Of a DNA stretch of 64,000 nt, positions 39,191-53,837 are shown in pieces (within the stretch, counting starts at the first letter, position 1; every line of letters begins with the position of its first letter). The DNA comes from Octopus sinensis (lineage: Eukaryota), in NCBI RefSeq assembly GCF_006345805.1, contig NC_043003.1:99138001-99202000 (forward strand), in the 5' to 3' direction. Below the pieces are notes generated by a model, which had not been told where the DNA came from, did no database searches, and saw only the letters and a program-made list of their open reading frames with translations. The position numbers and the translations under genes were made by a program.

Positions 39191-39455
39191 GAGGAGGATT
39201 ACTGCTGGTGGGTTTTTGGTTGAATAAACCGAGGTTGTCGATCTACTGGTGACAATAGTTTTGGTATTAACGGTTCGGTGTCGTTAAGGGTAGTGGTTGG
39301 TGATAGTAATGGCATTAGCAGCGGCAACAGCAGTAGTGGTGCTGGAGGCAGCGGCTCCATCGGTTACGATGACGACAGTGGTGATGATGATTGCTTAGAT
39401 ACTTAAAGTTGATGATGAGGATTTTGATTTTTTTTTAATAATTCTTTATCATGTA

Positions 39456-39509
<54 letters not shown>

Positions 39510-39891
39510 TGTGTTGTGTGTGTGCCATGTGTGTGTGCGCGCGTGTGTTTTCTGCTGTTCCCCTTTAGGTATACTAGATACAATCACTGTGAAAAGTCTA
39601 GAGCTATATTATTGTTGCTGGTGATGATGTTGATATTTCTATATTGAGTCCATTGTATGGATAATGCTGCAGCATTCAACGTCGCAAGCCTCGGTTTGGA
39701 GTTGATTGTCTGGTCGTAATCGTTGCAGTTATGTTTCATAATGTAACGAAATTTCTGAACAAATGGCATTACCAACCTTCCAGACATCTGGCTTCTTTTC
39801 GTTTCATTTTTTTTTTTTCGTTTCACATTCTTCGACCTCATCTTCCTTTTTACACACACACACACTCGTGTGTGTGTTACGTATATATATA

Positions 39892-39932
<41 letters not shown>

Positions 39933-40329
39933 TATTCTTTTTACTTTTCAGTCCTTAGGCTGCGGCCATGCTGAAAACACATACCCATTTGTATGTCTGA
40001 TTATTAGACTCATTCTATGTATTATATCAATGTATCTATTGGAATGTAGGCGTTTTATACGTTCGGCGCAGGAATTTAAGACAAAAAAAAACTGGGGGGG
40101 GGGAGAAAACAAAGCGAAAAAACAAACGAAGCAAAACTATTCTCTAATATTTTTTCTTTTATTTTACTATTTATTTATACAAGCAGACATATATACATAT
40201 ACACATACATACAAATTCGATAAAGATCATAATCTTGTTTTATTAACCACTGAGGGTTCATATAAAAGATTGGGGACGATACAGTACAATACAAAAAATG
40301 AGTGGGATTGGAACTTGTAAATAAAGGAA

Positions 40330-43225
40330 AACAATAAAAGTTATAACAATTAAATCTCCAAAAAGAGGGAGACTTCAAAGAGCTGCTCGTAGAAACCCCA
40401 CAAAAATCACGATCACCCTGATCTCTAAGGCGTTACCCTCTCCTCTTCGTCCAACCTTGATCTAGAGCTACATGCTTAGAATAGGCCCGTTCACTCGGGC
40501 CATTCGCGCTACTTTCATCCACCGTTAAACAGAATTGCTGGGAAGCAGCACTTCACACTCTATCCCCATTTTCCTTTTCACGTGTTACTTGAAAAAGTTG
40601 ATGAGGGTTTGGCCAAAGAGGAAAGTGTCTGTTTTCAACCCTTTCAACCTGGTCCACCACGCAGCTTCTTTCGCTTAGGCCACAAGACAAAGAAACACTG
40701 CCAAAGGAAGGCGGCTGAGCGATCTTCACGATGGACTTATATGTCTGAAGAGTTTATCCTGGACTGGCAATGTTCCCCGGTAGTACTGCCAGGCCAGGGA
40801 TTTCTGGGTGTTATCCATAGGTCCCATGTCGAAAGTCCTCCGGAACAGACCAGCCAGCTCATTCTCGTCGACGCCCAGAGTTTCCCGAGAACGTCGTTGC
40901 ACTTGTCTACCACTAACCCTCTATAGAAGGCCCGAGTGGGACTTCCACCAACCGCATTGTCCAACTGGCAGAGAGTTGTGAGCGCCTGCCGATATTCTAG
41001 GTACCAGGCGCCCTGCCTCAGTCTACGCTAGATCCAGGACTGCAGCTCAGTTAAGGAGACAAGCAATGGGAAATCGTGTCTGACAAAAATGCTCACCGTT
41101 TAGGAAATACTGGAGATGCCGCAGCCTCAGCACCACGGCATGAGCAGCTCTCCGTTCAACGAGTGCTGACAGCAAATGGAGAGCCTGATCAGTGGAACGC
41201 ATCCCCTCCAAAGGAAGCGGAAGAGTACGCACCCCGGTCTGGTCAGACGTAAACTGAGGCAAGGCACGACGGTCAGATGATAATATATGACGGAAGCGAT
41301 GTATGCATTCGCCATCTCTGCCCGGCTTTTCAGGGATAGTTTTCTCTCGGTCCATTTCTGGGTGAGATTAATCACGCTGCTCGTCACCTAGTCCAAGTTC
41401 TTCTCTATTAGAGCAAATTAACCGGTCCATCCAGCGTCCCACGACGTTATTGGACGGCATGGACCTGCCTCTCCAGGTGCCGAGCTGCAGGTCCACAAAC
41501 TTTTCCTGATTAATTTTTGCTGCTGTCACCGCCTCATATTCTTTTAGAGCAGTGCTGATCAGGTATGTGTGCTTGCTGTCGAACACTATCACGGTGACAT
41601 CGTCTGCGTATACCGACACAGTTCTCGCATGTCCTTGTTTGCACGGGATGCCTCTCAACGCCTCCAATTTCCGCAATATTGGCTCTAAAGCCAGTACATA
41701 CAGAAGAGATGCGAATGGGCATCCTTGACGGATCGAGTGCATGAGGTAGAATGGTTCCGATAAGTAACCATTTACCCGAGCTACCGAGCAAATGTTGCTA
41801 TACATAGCAGCTATCTAGCCACGGAAAACGGGACCAACACCGGCCGCCATGAGGACGAATACCAAGAATCGGTGGTCGACCTTTTCGAAGGCTTCAGATT
41901 GATCCAAATTTATTAGAGCTCCCACCCATGCTAGCTTCCTTATCCACCTTACTATACGATACTATTATATATTGCATGATGTGGAGGACGTCGTGGATGG
42001 ATCTGCATGGGATTGCGCAGGTTTGCACATCAACAATCAGTTTCTCGACGACAAGCGCCAACATTGGCCAAACGTTTGAAATCAGCGTTTAGCAGTGTTA
42101 TGGACCGAAAACTTACTACTTTATCCCTTTTGTTTCGGTCCTTTCTTGGCAGTGCTACTGCTCCTCGGTTCACAGAATTAGGAACTCTCTCGTTCTGCCG
42201 CCAGTGACAGTAGATATCTGCTAAGAGCCACCAAACAAATCTGGCATATAATAGTAAAATTCGTAGGGCAGACCATCCAAACCAGGCGGTTTGCCCGCCG
42301 TGCAACGCATCATTACATTCCGTATTTCCGCAGTTGTTATCGGCTTTTCGCAAAACTCCGCGCTGCTCTCCGATAGTCGTATCCTGCCGTCGAGGTAGGC
42401 ACTGAAGTCCATACTGCGATCATTCATCCAAAAAAATTGGGTGAAGTACCGTGGAAATGCAACACACATCAGCTCGGGCTCAAGCCAATGACTGATTGTG
42501 GTTTTGTTGTAACGTTGCGCCTCTACCACTCGGGGCCATCCAGCATCTTTCGTCCCCTCTTGTCTTAGAGCACGCGCCTTAGCTCTGAAAATGGAGCCTT
42601 CATATTCAGTATTGAAGAACTGGTCCAGGGCCAATCTCGCCGTCAGTACGTCGGTTGCAGTGCCACTTCTAAGTTTCTAAGTTAGAAACTTCTAAGTTTC
42701 TTCTAAGTTCCCTTGAATTTTATTCCTTTCTACCACTAATACCTAACAAAACCTAACTGATTTCATTTTAATTGCCCTTTTTAGAGCACAACACCATTTG
42801 TTGTTGATGATTGCCCCCGTCAAGACCCTCTTAACTAATTCATTAATCTGTCTCTGTAAGTTTGGCACGCTGGGAGTGACGCGTTCAGGTTCCAGTAACT
42901 GGCTCCTGCCTTCTAAGGTCGACCGTACAAATCACAAATTTGTGGTCTATAGCCGAAGAGTTTGAAAAGTGGACACCTTATGCTATGCTTATCCACTGGC
43001 CTACAAAATACTCTGTCTAAATTCGACTTAGATGACCCGATGCGATTCGTACAAGTCCACATTAGCACATCCTGGAATTCCAGTCGATACCTGTCAGATA
43101 GATGGAAGTATCTGAGTAGGTTTACGAGGCTTTTGCTACCTTTTCTTCTAACAGCTAGACCCAAACAGTCCAAATGTGGCTCTGAGACAGTGCTCCAATC
43201 GCCTACTAATAGGGTTCTATCAAAA
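40330..43225 (-). mobile_element. Decayed L1/Tx1-clade LINE ORF2 (APE C-terminus, RT, C-terminal region)
   Basis: LLVGDW, WT...SNLDRVFC, PGLDGLPYEFY, FRSITLLNADFK, SIRQGCPFASLLYVLALEP, YADDVTV; many frameshifts. Confidence 0.9.
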
Positions 43226-43900
43226 AGTGTGTGTGGTTGGTTGCGATTGTGATGGCTGGTGCGTCTTTGAGATATGATTTGAGATATATATTGTTTGAGC
43301 TTAGTCTTATGGATGTATTCTATTTGTTGGGAAAAGCCGCTAGCAGCGAGTGCTTCATTGTAATATGGTGCGTGACTATTGAAAATGTCCTCAGTGGAAG
43401 AGAGGTCGGATATGCGTGTTGAAATGCCCTTGATTATGTTATCGAAAGTGGATTTGTGGTGATTGGAGTAGATGTTAAGGTATTTAAGATATTGGTTAGG
43501 TTTGTGGTAAGGGGTGTATTGAGAGGTTGATAAGTTTAGAGTTACTTCTAGAAAGTTAGCAGTTTTGTGAACATTTTCGAATGTGATAGACAGGTTTAGA
43601 TTAGATAAGAATTTATGTAGATCCTTTCTAGTACTTTCCAAGGAGGATTTAATTATGCTTTTGGTAACTAGCAAGTTGTCGTCCCTGAATAGGCCTTCCT
43701 TGATGTTAGGGAAATGCATGTGGAGCTGGTGGAGTATATATAGTCCAACCAAGTCAGTGACCCGAGCTGAATCAGATGATCCCATGGTTATGTCGAATAG
43801 GTTGCTATGGTTATTGTTATGGGGATTGGCTCCGCTGAAGGGATATATAAAATTCAAAATTCCTGGAAACAGCTGTAAGACCTTCTCTTTATAAATGTTC
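43226..43900 (-). mobile_element. Penelope-like element RT fragment
   Basis: FDITMGSSDSARVTDLVGLYIL, GLFRDD, ANFLEVTLNL, YHKPN...YLNIYSNH are PLE RT/thumb motifs. Confidence 0.85.
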
Positions 43901-43934
43901 TGAAATCTTTCACAGCCTTTTTATCTCATTCTGC

Positions 43935-43986
<52 letters not shown>

Positions 43987-44456
43987 TGACTGACCCAAGG
44001 TTATGTAAGTATATAACTACATAAATGGAAATATAGAATTTTAAAAGGTTGTGTGTATAGTATCGTATATACTTGTTCGGAAATGTTTATATTATGTACG
44101 AGAAAACTGGCTTTAATTGTGATGAAAATTGTGTTAAAGAGCGAAATAAACACACACACGTATACATTCATCAAAACACACATACTCACGAGCACGCGCA
44201 TGCGCGTATTCTGATTGTGAAAATTGCACATACAGGACATACACAAAATAGAGAAAGAAAAAAAAAACAATTCGAGATAAAATAAAAATATACCTTAAGC
44301 TATTGAAATGATGAAATATGAAATAATAATATATCAAATAATATTAAAGGCGATGATGACCATGATGATGATGATGATGATAAGAATATGAAAAACAACA
44401 ACAACAATACCAATAATGATGATGATGATTTTTATCATAATAATAATAATAATAAT

Positions 44457-44499
<43 letters not shown>

Positions 44500-44538
<39 letters not shown>

Positions 44539-44673
44539 TAATAATAAGCATTTGTCATTACTGCCACAAGAATAACAGATGAAAGAGCCTTGAGAACAGT
44601 TTACAGAAACGATTGGGGATTAACACTGAAATTGAATGACACGAAATAAAAATATCATATATACATATATATA

Positions 44674-44723
<50 letters not shown>

Positions 44724-44765
44724 TATACACATATATACACATATATACGCACACACCATATATAT

Positions 44766-44818
<53 letters not shown>

Positions 44819-45260
44819 TCACACATACACACGTATATATATATATACACACATACACATATATATAATATAGTAAGAATATATGTTAACAACAAGAACA
44901 ACAGACAATATATAAACGGAATAATGACTAAGTACAATTCGCGATGATGAATGTATACGTGGAAAAAGGCGATAGTTTAATAGAATGCTTCGGATTATGA
45001 TGTTTTGAGAGGAAAACTTTTGTGGAAGTACAAACTATGGAGAAATGAAGTCCTGAAAAACCGGAAGTTTGGGAAACTCAGCTGGCAGGCAGGCAGGCAG
45101 GCAGCCAATCTAAAGAGTGAAAACGTATGAAAAAAAAAATGTATTACTTCAGTAACAATGACACATGAAAAATATAACCAGGACAACAATGTAAAACAAG
45201 TTCAATAAAAATACAATTAGCAAAAAATATTAAAAAAAAAAATTTGTAATAATGTTGATG

Positions 45261-45302
<42 letters not shown>

Positions 45303-45307
45303 TAATA

Positions 45308-45338
<31 letters not shown>

Positions 45339-45477
45339 GCATTTGTCATTACTGCCACAAGGAAAACAGATGAAAGAGCACTTGAGAAAAGTTTACAGAA
45401 ACGATTGGGGATTAACACTGAAATGAATGACACGAAATAAAAATATCATATATACATATATAAGTTGTGTGTATATA

Positions 45478-45509
<32 letters not shown>

Positions 45510-45562
45510 ATATATATACACATATATACACAATATACGCAACACACATATATATATATATC

Positions 45563-45606
<44 letters not shown>

Positions 45607-46093
45607 CACTCACACATACACCACGTATATATATATATACACACATACACATATATATAATATAGATAGAATATATGTTAACAACAAGAACAACAGACAA
45701 TATATAAACGGAATAATGACTAAGTACAATTCCGCGATGATGAATGCTATACTTGGAAAAGGCGATAGTTTAATAGAATGCTTCGGATTATGATGTTTTG
45801 AGAGGAAAAACTTTTGTGAAGTACAAACTATGAGAAATGAAGTCCTGAAAAACCGGAAGTTTGGGAAACTCAGCTGGCAGGCAGGCAGGCAGGTCAGCCA
45901 ATCTAAAGAGTGAAAACGTATGAAAAAAAAAAATGTATTACTTCAGTAACAATGACACATGAAAAAATATAACCAGGACAACAATGTAAAACAAGTTCAA
46001 TAAAATACAATTAGCCAAAAATATTAAAAAAAATTTGTAATAATGTTGATGATAATAAGATAATAATATAATAATAATAATAATAATAATATA

Positions 46094-46110
<17 letters not shown>
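44500..46110. repeat. Tandem duplication, ~790-bp unit
   Basis: aagcatttgtcattactgccacaag at ~44546 and ~45337; both copies end in ttgtaataatgttgatgat(aat)n. Confidence 0.92.
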
Positions 46111-46127
<17 letters not shown>

Positions 46128-46312
46128 AATAGATAATAAGAAGAAGAAAGAAGAAGAAAGAAGAAGACGAAGAAGAAGAAGAAGAAGAAGAATAAAGAAA
46201 GAAAAAAGAAGAAGAAGAAGAATTAACTTTTAGCAATTATGAGCACACTGGTATGAAAGTTTTAGCCACTATATATATGTATACATACATATATTATATA
46301 TTATATAGATAT

Positions 46313-46358
<46 letters not shown>

Positions 46359-46503
46359 TAGATAGATAGATAGATAGATAGATATGTGAATATGTAGCAT
46401 ACGCCACACTTATATCTTCTGTATCTTTCATTCTCTGTATGTTTGAATGTGTGTGCGCGCATATTTTCTCTTTTCTCTCTCTCTCTCTCTCTCTCTATAT
46501 ATT

Positions 46504-46541
<38 letters not shown>

Positions 46542-46545
<4 letters not shown>

Positions 46546-46822
46546 AAATCTGCGTAGGGTGGAAGTAGATGTCTTCAAAATGGAGCTAGACATCCTCCTC
46601 TCCACAATACTTGATGAACCAACAGCCCGACATGTGGTGCAGACGATGGCAATGGAAAGAAACACTCTTATACACCATGTAGGCCAGTGGCTGGGGCAGA
46701 GGCACATACCCTGTACCGAGATGTGAAACACCCCAGATTGAGAAAACCAGAACGACCGCAGTGGTGCTCCAGCATGACCGTGGCCGCATGGCTGAAACGA
46801 GAAATAGAGTATAAAAGAGTAA
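46542..46822 (+). mobile_element. CR1-group LINE 3' end
   Basis: RNLRRVEVDVFKMELDILLSTILDEPT; 3' end gtggtgctccagcatgaccgtggccgcatggctgaaac. Confidence 0.75.
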
Positions 46823-46889
46823 TTTAGATAGATGTGTGTGCGCGCTTGTGTGTGTGTGTGTGTGTGGTGTGTGCGTGTGTGTATATATA

Positions 46890-47092
46890 CTCTTTACTCT
46901 CTTTTACTTTTTTACTTGTTTCAGTCATTAGACTGTGGCTATGCTGGAGCACCGCCTTTAGTCGAGCAAATCGACACCAGGACTTATTCTATCGGTCTCT
47001 TTTTGCTGAACCGGTAAGTTACGGGGACGTAAACACACCAGCATCGGTTGTCAAGTGATATTGGGGAGACAAACACAGATACACAAACATGT

Positions 47093-47151
<59 letters not shown>

Positions 47152-47376
47152 TATTCGAGACAAAACCACTATTTTGCAAAACAAACAAGGAAAGACTTAA
47201 TTAATACATAAAATTTTATATATATATATATACGACGGGCTTCTTTCAGTTTTCGTCTACCAAATCCACGCACAAGGTTTTGGTCGGCCCGAGGCTATAG
47301 TAGAAGACACTTGCCCAAGGTGCCACAGAGTGGGACTGAACCCGGAACCATGTAGTTCGTAAGCAAGCTACTTACC
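46890..47376 (-). mobile_element. SINE family A with a foreign fragment in its internal microsatellite
   Basis: Family match; the insert at ~47150-47215 resembles 31843-31915. Confidence 0.85.
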
Positions 47377-47395
47377 ATATATATATATATACATA

Positions 47396-48177
47396 CTAGC
47401 AGTATTGCCCGCTTCGTGCGTTCGTGCATTCTATGCACGCGCGAATTAAGCTAAACTTGGATGAAGTTCAATCAAAATTCAATTATTTTGGTTTTAAAAT
47501 CAAGCATTTAATGCCCTCTATTTTTGCGCTTATGTGTTCCATTTCTTCAATACGTAGAAGCGTTTCATAAATTTTTGTTGATCAAATAATTGCCAGGGAA
47601 GAGTTTCAGGGAGTCGCTGGCGATGAATCGTGATGATCAAAAATCCGGCCTGCTAAACTTTGGTGAAAGTGATTCAAACTGCAAACTCAACGCAAAATGG
47701 TCACATTTAATTCAAAGCGTTAAAAATGTTATGAAAACAATTGGTATGTGTTCACAAAGTTCAAACGATTAATACGAAAAAACCCTCCAGGCTACATCCC
47801 GAAAATTCATTTCTTTGCCGAATTTCTACAATGTTTACGGCGATTCGTTCTTGTATCTTGATTTTTTATTTTTCATGCAATTTACGCATGCTTGCATGTG
47901 TGGTGAACACAGTTCACGTCAAACAGCTGACTGAGTAAAGTTCACTATTCAATGCATGGGATAAGGCCTAAACAAAGACATTATCGATTTTTGCACTTGC
48001 TAGTTGAATTTCGGAACAGAAATAGCGCAGTTCAATTTTCATTCGCCTAAACTTTAAGTGACCCATTTTTGGTGGTTCTACGATTTGTTGGCTAGGAGGA
48101 GATGTGCCGGGAAGTTAAACAAACAGACACACACAGATACACACTCAGACACACAAGTTGAGTTTTATATATATCGA
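47396..48177 (-). mobile_element. Non-autonomous Helitron
   Basis: On the minus strand it starts A|TCGATATATATAAAACTCAAC plus a GT-type microsatellite and ends cgcacgaagcgggcaatactgCTAG|T, an A|T insertion without TSD. Confidence 0.8.
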
Positions 48178-49637
48178 TGTATACATTTTCAGGGAAGGAG
48201 TGTGCATGTTATTTGGAAATTTAACATGGTTTGAAATATTTCAATATTGTAAGAATTATGTACACGTGGTTAAGTCAGTGAAGGCTAGAAAACAAAATTT
48301 CGTAGGCTGTGGATGGGGGAAAAGAAGGCCACACTTTATAAGTTTCTGTAAGGCATAAAAATTTACATGTATATAAAAATTTTCATATAGTTTTTCATTA
48401 TATGTTAGGTTCGGGTTATGGAAAAAAAAACCGTTAGCTTGATGAGTAATTCTGGTAAAGAAAGACATGGGAGACAACTGGGATATTTAAGTTAATTTAA
48501 AATGGAGTGCAGGCGTACAGCGGGGATGGGGGATGAGTTTGGTGTTTCGTTTTCTGCATTATTGGTGCGTGCGTATTAATTACAAGCGCGCGCACGCACA
48601 CACTCATACACGCACATACAGAAACATACACATACAAGCATAAATGCGTACTGGAAATCTTTTTCTGTATTTATAGCGTGCGTGTGTGTCTTAGGTACAC
48701 GCATAAATATACAAACACATACATGCATACACTCTCACAACGCACACAAACATGCTAACGGGATATACACTCTCACAATACACACAAACATGCTTACAGA
48801 AACCAACTCATATACATAGACATACACACAGATAGATACATCTTTGTGCCTTCCTCGCAGTTTACTGAATAGAACGGTGTGTTCATTAAGTCATTAAGAA
48901 ACCAAACTTTGAAAGACTGAAATTCATTTACATCATGAGAACACTTGTCTTTTTAAACCACTTTTCTGAAACCGTTGACCCGGAAGAGTTGGTTTTGATG
49001 TTCAGATCATATGTAAAGAGAGGCCTCCCGCTGTCCTGCAGTAATAGAAAAGAGCTTTTCATATGATTACATTACAATGAATTTCATTACATCTCATTAC
49101 ATTACTTTACTGACTTTAGCTCACTTGATTTATCGGTCTTGCACGTGGATGACCTCGCTCCTTTATCCCTAATCCCTTCGGGCCCTCATTCACATTAGCA
49201 AAATATCTGAAGATGCTTTCCACATAAAATAACCTACGCATAAACATTCTTGTTTATATTGATCTTATAGTGAGGTTATTTCCTGTGGATTAATTAGAAA
49301 TTAGATCAAAAACAAAAGTTTGGCTTTCTTGTATGTATGTATGTATGTATGTATGACACCGGGACAACGACAAGGCGATTGGCTTTTGCTCAACCAACTA
49401 GCAGAAAATGTGGCAAAGAGACTGGTGGTGGGTGGGGTAGAAGAAATAGCAAGAAAACTAGGAAACGAGTGAAAGATGAGAGAATATCGTCATCAAAAAC
49501 ATTATCATCATCATCATCAACATCATCATCAATATCATCATCATCACCAACAACAATGGTATGAATCTTCATGACGATGTGCCAGTAGAGAAAGGAGGGT
49601 GGAAAGGGAAAGAAAATATAAAACAAGGAGGAGATAG

Positions 49638-49675
<38 letters not shown>

Positions 49676-49683
49676 CCACCACC

Positions 49684-49717
<34 letters not shown>

Positions 49718-49934
49718 TCGTCATCATTATCGTCATCATCATCGACAACACCAATAAGAGTTATGACAATATGACAGAGAAAGGAAGCAGAAAGAGAAAG
49801 AAAATAGAAAGCAAGGGGGAATATAAAAGATAATATTGTGATTATCATCATCATCGTCATCGTCGTTGTCATCATCATTATCATCGTCATCATCGTTGTC
49901 ATCACCATCATCATCGTTGTCATCACCATCATCA

Positions 49935-50266
49935 TCATAATTTTTCACAATACGCACGCTACTCGAAAAAAGGTCGACAGAAATTTCTAAAATATTCCAT
50001 TATTACCTTATCGGACCGATTTCAGGGTTAGTTCGTAAGAACCCTCCCTTCGTCAGTGATAAATGTGGCAAAGAAATAAATGAGATACTTACTCATACCC
50101 ATGGAAGAAGCAAAACACTAAGTCATGAGCACAACTAAGTACCCCAAATACATCCAAAATAGAAATACTCCAGCCCATTCAAGACACGTGCGATTTGAAT
50201 AATGGAATTTTTTGAAATTTCTGTCGACCTTCTTTCGAGTAGCGTACGTATTGTGAAAAATTATAT
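49935..50266. repeat. ~70-bp inverted repeats enclosing a hammerhead (Penelope-type fragment)
   Basis: ataatttttcacaatacgcacgctactcgaaa... / ...tttcgagtagcgtacgtattgtgaaaaattat. Confidence 0.85.
50008..50062 (-). ncRNA. Minimal type-I hammerhead ribozyme
   Basis: Minus strand: ttatca-CTGACGA-aggg[..]ccct-GAAA-tcgg-TC-cgataa. Confidence 0.7.
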
Positions 50267-50339
50267 GGTTATGGACAATATGTCCAATTTCGGCATATTT
50301 GCCATTAGAAATTTTTTCGTTTGCCCTTATTTATAAGTT

Positions 50340-50381
<42 letters not shown>

Positions 50382-50462
50382 TTCTTTTTATTTGGGGAAT
50401 AATGAATTTCAAAGTGCATATTTGGCATTAGAAATTTTTTCGTTTGCCCTTATTTATAAGAC

Positions 50463-50515
<53 letters not shown>

Positions 50516-51029
50516 CAATAAGGGTTCAGCAACGAGCCGAAGACTACTTGGTGTAATTGATAATTATTCCAAATTAATTAATTTCACCCTTCATTATTAC
50601 GGATAACTATATATATATATATATTATACAGTTCTTTTTATTTGGGGAATAATGAATTTCAAAGTGCATAAAGCTATAAATGATAGCATGTATCATATTG
50701 GGTTGAAAAAGGCTACGCCCAGCCTTCGACTTTGCTTAACTTTCGCAATATATAGTCAATTAGTGGCAGGTAAATGTGACGACGAGAATCTGGTCGTGGA
50801 AGAAAATAAACTGGTTAGTCTGTTCCGGAGGACTTTCTGGTGAGGGACTACCATGAATTATTTCCAAATGTCTATGGCCTGGTATTGCTACCGAGGTGCG
50901 CAACCAGTTCGAAAGAAACTCTACAGAAAGTAGAGATAAACTATGCTGTTAGACGGGTACATAATCCAACATATATTCAATGTTTCTAAACAAGTAAACA
51001 CGTCTAAAGGGATAAAGGTTATCTTCTCG

Positions 51030-51245
51030 AGTCATAAGAGCCGGTTTCTGGATTTGTATGGTGTGTAAATTCCCCACCTGGATGGGACGCCGGTCCGTCG
51101 CAGGATTACCCCTTTTTTTTGCCAGCAACGTGAAATGAAGTGTTTTGCTCAAGAACGCAATGCGTTAGCCGGTTCAGGAATCGAAACCCCAATCTTACGA
51201 TCGTGAGTTCAACACTCTAACCACTAAGCCACGCTCCTCCATGTC
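51030..51245 (-). mobile_element. SINE (family C/D related)
   Basis: Reverse-complement tRNA head and V-like segment. Confidence 0.75.
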
Positions 51246-51730
51246 TAATGGGGTAAATTATTTGCAGTATTAAATAACTGTACAGACTTCAACCGAAAAA
51301 TCAGTATTCATCAAAGCCTTTATGGTCTTGCATGCTGTGATCTGTGGGGAAGATAGAGTCTGAGGCTTTACTTGTCAACATGAGTTCAGGCAAACATGAA
51401 ATACACTCAGTAGAATTTTGAAGCAAAGGGAGAGAAGGCAAAGAAGTCTCTAAAAATCGTTCCAAAACATATAAAGTACATACGACTCTGAAATTAAGAC
51501 AAGAAAGGCCTTTACATATACTATACGTGTTGTTAAATGCTTCCAATTTGATGACAGTGTAGACTCTGCTGTTATTTATAGATTCCGTAAAATCTGGTTC
51601 ACAGAGAATGTAATTTCGTGCTGAGGATCATGTTATTACCATTGACCGAATATTCTACAGCAACAACGTTTTTGTTAAGGCCAATAGGTATCTTCATTTG
51701 TCAACATAGTTAAAGGGTAACACAATTACC

Positions 51731-52016
51731 ATGAGATGGTTAAAGTTCCGGGACTAGTTCTGTTGCGCGCCAACAAATGGCAGCACACGGCTGCGTGCAG
51801 AGTGAGGGTTAGCAGTGACCTTCATGAGGCAGTGTGCTAAGTAACATTGCTGTGTTTACTTCGCAAGTTGTGAGATTTGTGCTTTTGTGATCACGTATAT
51901 GCTGTAGTCTGCGATTTTGTCATAGACAGGAACAAAGATGATGTTAAAACTTAGGTAAATAAGTTATTTTTGTATCGAACGTAACAAGTCCGGGAACTTT
52001 TTGATATCATCTCGTA
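51731..52016. mobile_element. Mariner-type MITE
   Basis: Imperfect TIRs atgagatggttaaagttccgggactagtt / aacaagtccgggaactttttgatatcatctcgta. Confidence 0.55.
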
Positions 52017-52489
52017 CTCACACCAATAATGAAATACAAGCATTCTTAGACTTAACCTCAAAGCGCCTCTACACTCACAACCACTACAAACCATATACAT
52101 ATACGCATACAAACCACTTCGTCTTGATTGACACCGTACACACTCCATATCGAACTATCCATCCACAACATTATAATATCATTGTGACCATTTAACGGCC
52201 ACCCTACATATCTATGATCATGATCGCAATATATAATCAATAACCAGTTGGAGGACAGCTGAGCCCACCCGTAGTAAAAAGCCGCTGCACTGGTACGTAT
52301 GATAGCACATTTGTATAATCTTGTACGTATACTCTTCACAAGATGTACTTCTAAATATAGACGTTTTAACAGACTAATGTAACACAAGTACTATACGCGA
52401 GTATATATATATATATAGGGTAGTTCTCTAGCATGGCCGACACAAGTAAAAGACAAAAGGATATTACATTGTATATCGACGTAAAAATA

Positions 52490-52657
52490 CTTTTTACTCT
52501 CTTTTACTCTTTCACTTGTTTCAGTCATTTGGAGCATCGCCTTTAGTCGAGCAAATCGACCCCAGGACTTATTCTTTGTAAGCCTAGGACTTATTCTATC
52601 GGTCAAGCGATGTTGCAGGGACAAACACAGACACACAAACATATACACACACACATT

Positions 52658-52717
<60 letters not shown>

Positions 52718-52880
52718 GACGGGCTTCTTTCAGTTTCCGTCTACCAAATCCACTCACAGGGTTTTGGTCGGCCCGAGGCTATAGTAGAAGACACTTGCCC
52801 AAAGTGCCACGCAGTGGGACTGAACCCGGAACTATGTGATTCGTAAGCAAACTACTTACCACACAGCCACTCCTACGCCT
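52490..52880 (-). mobile_element. SINE family A with internal deletions
   Basis: Family match. Confidence 0.85.
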
Positions 52881-52898
52881 ATATATATATACGAAAAA

Positions 52899-53105
52899 GG
52901 CGGCGAGCTGGCAGAATCGTTAGCACACCGGGCGAAATGCCTGTTACGTTCTGAGTTCAAATTCCGCTGAGGTCGACTTTACCTTTCATCCTTTCGGGGT
53001 CGATAAATAAAGTACCAGCTACGCACTGGTGTCGATGCAGTCAACTTAATCCCTTTGTCTGTCCTTGTTTGTCCCCTCTATGTTTAGCCCCTTGTAGGCA
53101 ATAAA
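52899..53105 (+). mobile_element. SINE family B
   Basis: Family match. Confidence 0.85.
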
Positions 53106-53780
53106 AAAAATATATATATACAAATTTATAAATTTATATCAATATATACAACCTTACGCATAAATTTTCTTAAAACGATAGCGCAGTGTTTTTTAGTGAT
53201 TGCTTCAATTTGTTGACTTAATTCTTTGCCTTTGGCGCATTTTCAACGCACTAAATCTCGTTTCACATCTCATTTGTACTCAGCCTAATAATAGTGGCTG
53301 AACTGCCAGTATTATTCAAGCTACACTTAAATAATTAAGAATTATATTTGCATGAAACCACTGGTATGGTACTAGCAGTACTCAACTATTTAAAGAATTT
53401 ATTCAACCACCATCGCGTTGTTGATTACTCACTTTCTAGTTCTTTACTCTCTATCTATCTATCTGTCTGTCTGTCTGCCTCTCTCTTTCCCTCACACGCA
53501 CACACACACACAACACAAACACGTATATATCTTTATATACTTGTATATATTGTGTATGCATGTATATACGTATGTATTGTGTATGTGTGCACATGTAGAT
53601 ATATATATATCACGTGACTGACCCGACCATCAGATGTTGCTACACATCGCTGGTCACAATGCGTTCGCATTGTTTTAGCCTTCGAACGACACCACCCCGC
53701 TGGCTAAGCGAGCAGGCCAACAGAAGAAAGTGGGAGAAAGAGTGCTGAAAGAGTACAGCAGGGATCACCACCCCTTGCCG

Positions 53781-53820
<40 letters not shown>

Positions 53821-53837
53821 GGAATGGAGTAGATAAC

